A stretch of DNA of 63,996 nt, the filler included, from Octopus bimaculoides (taxonomy: Eukaryota), in assembly GCF_001194135.2 (NCBI RefSeq). It is 7 parts of 7 records of this genome, joined end to end, with 100 filler letters (N's around TTAATTAATTAA, not from the genome) between each part and the next. Parts side by side here need not be neighbours in the genome. Positions count along the whole stretch, not along the records: positions 60,841 to 62,394 come from NW_026402731.1; positions 62,495 to 63,996 come from NC_068992.1; 5 more parts are not named here. One strand, 5' to 3'. Of the stretch, positions 61,614 through 63,996 are shown in pieces. The stretch's first letter is position 1; the number at the start of each line of letters is the position of its first letter. Under the pieces are notes generated by a model. That model ran no database searches. It worked only from the letters and a program-made list of their open reading frames with translations, and had not been told where the DNA came from. The position numbers were made by a program, and so were the translations under genes.

Positions 61614-62394
61614 AAAGCTTGTTTATTTTTAAATCTTTTGATATATTATTAGTGTTGCTTAATATGTTTTGCTAAAATTGCTGTCTCTTTTCAGATATCA
61701 TCAGAGAAAGGTAATTAAAATTCATTAAAATGACACATCTATCGGACTTTCACAGAGGTCAAATTGTTGATGCTCGTATGGCAGGCGCTAGCGTAACGAA
61801 AACAGCTGAAATGTTTGGTGTATCAAGAAGTACTGTCTCGAAAGTAATGACAGCCTTTGAGAAAGAAGGAAAAACTTCATCGTCAAGATAAAACTCCAGA
61901 AGAAAACCAAAACTTTCAGATAGGGACAGTCAGACGCTTACACAAATTGCTAGAAAGGATTACAAAAGTACAGCTCCCAAAATTACTGCAGAGTTTAATG
62001 ACTACCTCGAGAACCCAGTTTCCACAAAAACTGTTCGCCAGGAGTTGCACAAAGCCAGATTTCACAGGAGGGTTGCAATCAGAAAACCACTACTTTCAAA
62101 AACAAATGCTGCAAAGCATTTAGAGTGGAGTAAAAACCTACAGAATTGGTCCCTAGAGCAGTGGAAGAATGTTATTTTCTCAGACGAGTCATCCTTTACC
62201 TTATTTCCAACCACTGGCTGAGTATACATGTGGAGACAGCCAAAAGAAGCATTTGACCCAGATTGCCTTCTTCCAACTGTTAAACATGGAGGGCGATCTG
62301 TGATGATCTGGTGGGGGAGGGGGTCTGTATCTTGGAAATAACCAGCCCAATGGTTTTCCTTCATGGCAAAATTAATAGTCAAGACTATTTAAGC
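61612..62394 (+). pseudogene. Tc1-like transposase, second copy of the 43.1-kb family
   Basis: ATG at 61730: MTHLSDFHRGQIVDARMAGASVTKTAEMFGVSRSTVSKV...VIFSDESSF...LLPTVKHGGRSVMIW; premature stops; runs into a gap. Confidence 0.92.
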
Positions 62395-62494
62395 NNNNNN
62401 NNNNNNNNNNNNNNNNNNNNNNNNNNNNNNNNNNNNNNTTAATTAATTAANNNNNNNNNNNNNNNNNNNNNNNNNNNNNNNNNNNNNNNNNNNN

Positions 62495-62542
<48 letters not shown>

Positions 62543-63179
62543 CTCACATGCTAATCCAACATCAAGCTCACCTTTTAGCAATATCACAGCATTAGTTGAA
62601 ATACCACCGTAAAAAAATACTTGTGATCGGTCATTAATGCTAAGTCCACAATACCGAAAAGTGAGACAAATGTTTCGCCTAATGATCCTGGATTTAGATG
62701 CAGGCAATTAACAGCCCCAGCCCACTTTGTCGAGATCTCTCTCTTCTTCTTACTCATTATATTTAGAACTAGAAGTAATCATGTGTAAACTAATGCATGC
62801 CATGAACATACACACACAGATATTGATTTAAATATATTACTGTATAACATGAGAAAATGATCCTATTTACAAGATTGCCTAAGTTGTCTAAGCAATGTAT
62901 CAAAATGAGATGAAAAACTAAAAGGAAAAAGAAAGGGCGTAACACATAATAAATTCTTAGGCAATATGTTAAGAGACATGTCCACAATAAATCAATGCTG
63001 TAATAAAAGAGTTTAACGCCATGTGTAGTAAGATAATCAAAGCCACATTATTGACATAACGTAATATTTACCTAAGCACAATGCAGAAATAATGATAACA
63101 GTCATAATTTTGAAACTAATCCTTACTTCTATAGGCACAAGGTCTGAAATTTTTTTTTGGGNNNNNNNNNNAGTATCTT

Positions 63180-63330
63180 TCACATAAAGCAAAACATACA
63201 AATTTAAACATATGCATACATGCATACAAACAAAAATACCCTATTGTTGATGTTGAACTTCCAATGAAGTGGCTTGCAAGTGGGTTAGAAATCTTGAAAT
63301 AAAACTGAACAATGACAAACATACATATAT
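63180..63330 (+). mobile_element. 3' UTR-only copy of the R4-type element at 12.2 kb
   Basis: aaaacatacaaat...caaaaataccct[a/g]ttgttgatgttgaa.ttccaatgaag...aaatcttgaaataaaactgaa matches the reverse complement of 12205-12370; followed by acatacatatatac. Confidence 0.8.
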
Positions 63331-63419
63331 ACATTCACACAGATACACAAATACATACTTACTTTCACCACTCAGAGCAACTCATTTTTTCAATCTGAGC
63401 GGAATGAGGACACATAAAA

Positions 63420-63505
63420 TAATGTGCATTGCTCAGACACAAAGCACCACCCTGAATCGAACTCATGGCCTTACGATTGTGAATCCGATATTCTAACCAC
63501 AAAAG
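63420..63505 (-). mobile_element. tRNA-derived SINE head (family of 15004)
   Basis: Minus strand gtggttagaatatcggattcacaatcgtaaggccatgagttcgattc...gtgtctgagcaa. Confidence 0.65.
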
Positions 63506-63996
63506 CATGAAACATAAGAAGAAGAAATCAGAGTGAAATAAATTAGGATATATATTTCTATTTGTGAAACCATTCACCAACTGACAAACGTTCCAGTAGT
63601 TGTTGATGGGAAGCAATATAATATGGAGATTCACATCCATGTGACAACATGTGTTTCTATATGCATATATACATGTCTGTGCATCTATATATGTATATAT
63701 ATGTATGCATGTATGCATGCATGTATGTATGTATATATGGAGGTATCTGTGGAGATGTGTATGTCTATGCAATTGTTTATATAGAAGTGTACGGAGTTTT
63801 GTGTGTGTCTGTATGTATGTAATTTATATTTATGTATACATATACACACTATATCTGTATGTATGTATGTATGTATGTATGTATGTATGTATGTATGTAT
63901 GTATGTATGTATGTTTGACATACAACATACCGTATGTCTATTAGTGCCTAACATCAATATCTTACATCCTCTGTCTTTCTCTCAGTCTCTCTTTCT

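Overview
Eukaryotic, gappy, extremely repeat-rich scaffold segment. The dense (TA)/(CA)/(GA)/(CATA)/(TAA)/(GAT) microsatellites and the recurring tRNA-derived SINE families match my recollection of Octopus (coleoid cephalopod) genomes; this is inference, not a database result. Nearly all ORFs in the supplied track are artefacts of microsatellites or N-gaps. The recognisable coding content is transposon-derived and decayed: (i) several copies of an RTE-clade LINE with a C4HC3 PHD-type finger inserted between RT domain 7 and the thumb; (ii) BovB-like and Rex3/Expander-like RTE fragments; (iii) R4/Dong-clade restriction-like-endonuclease LINE fragments sitting in (TAA)n or (CATA)n microsatellites; (iv) Penelope GIY-YIG fragments and Penelope-type minimal hammerhead ribozyme motifs; (v) Tc1 and mariner transposase relics; (vi) a Merlin-like MITE with an 8-bp TSD carrying (TTAGGG)n; (vii) Helitron-like termini and a ~630-bp tandem unit. 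Small unique islands form a phase-compatible chain of candidate exons of an unidentified minus-strand host gene (33.7-35.6 kb, plus 48.7 kb) and a weaker plus-strand set (14.5-14.9 kb). Six N44-TTAATTAATTAA-N44-type spacers and several gap-flanking duplications are assembly artefacts, so adjacency across them is unreliable. No rRNA, true tRNA or CRISPR array was seen.
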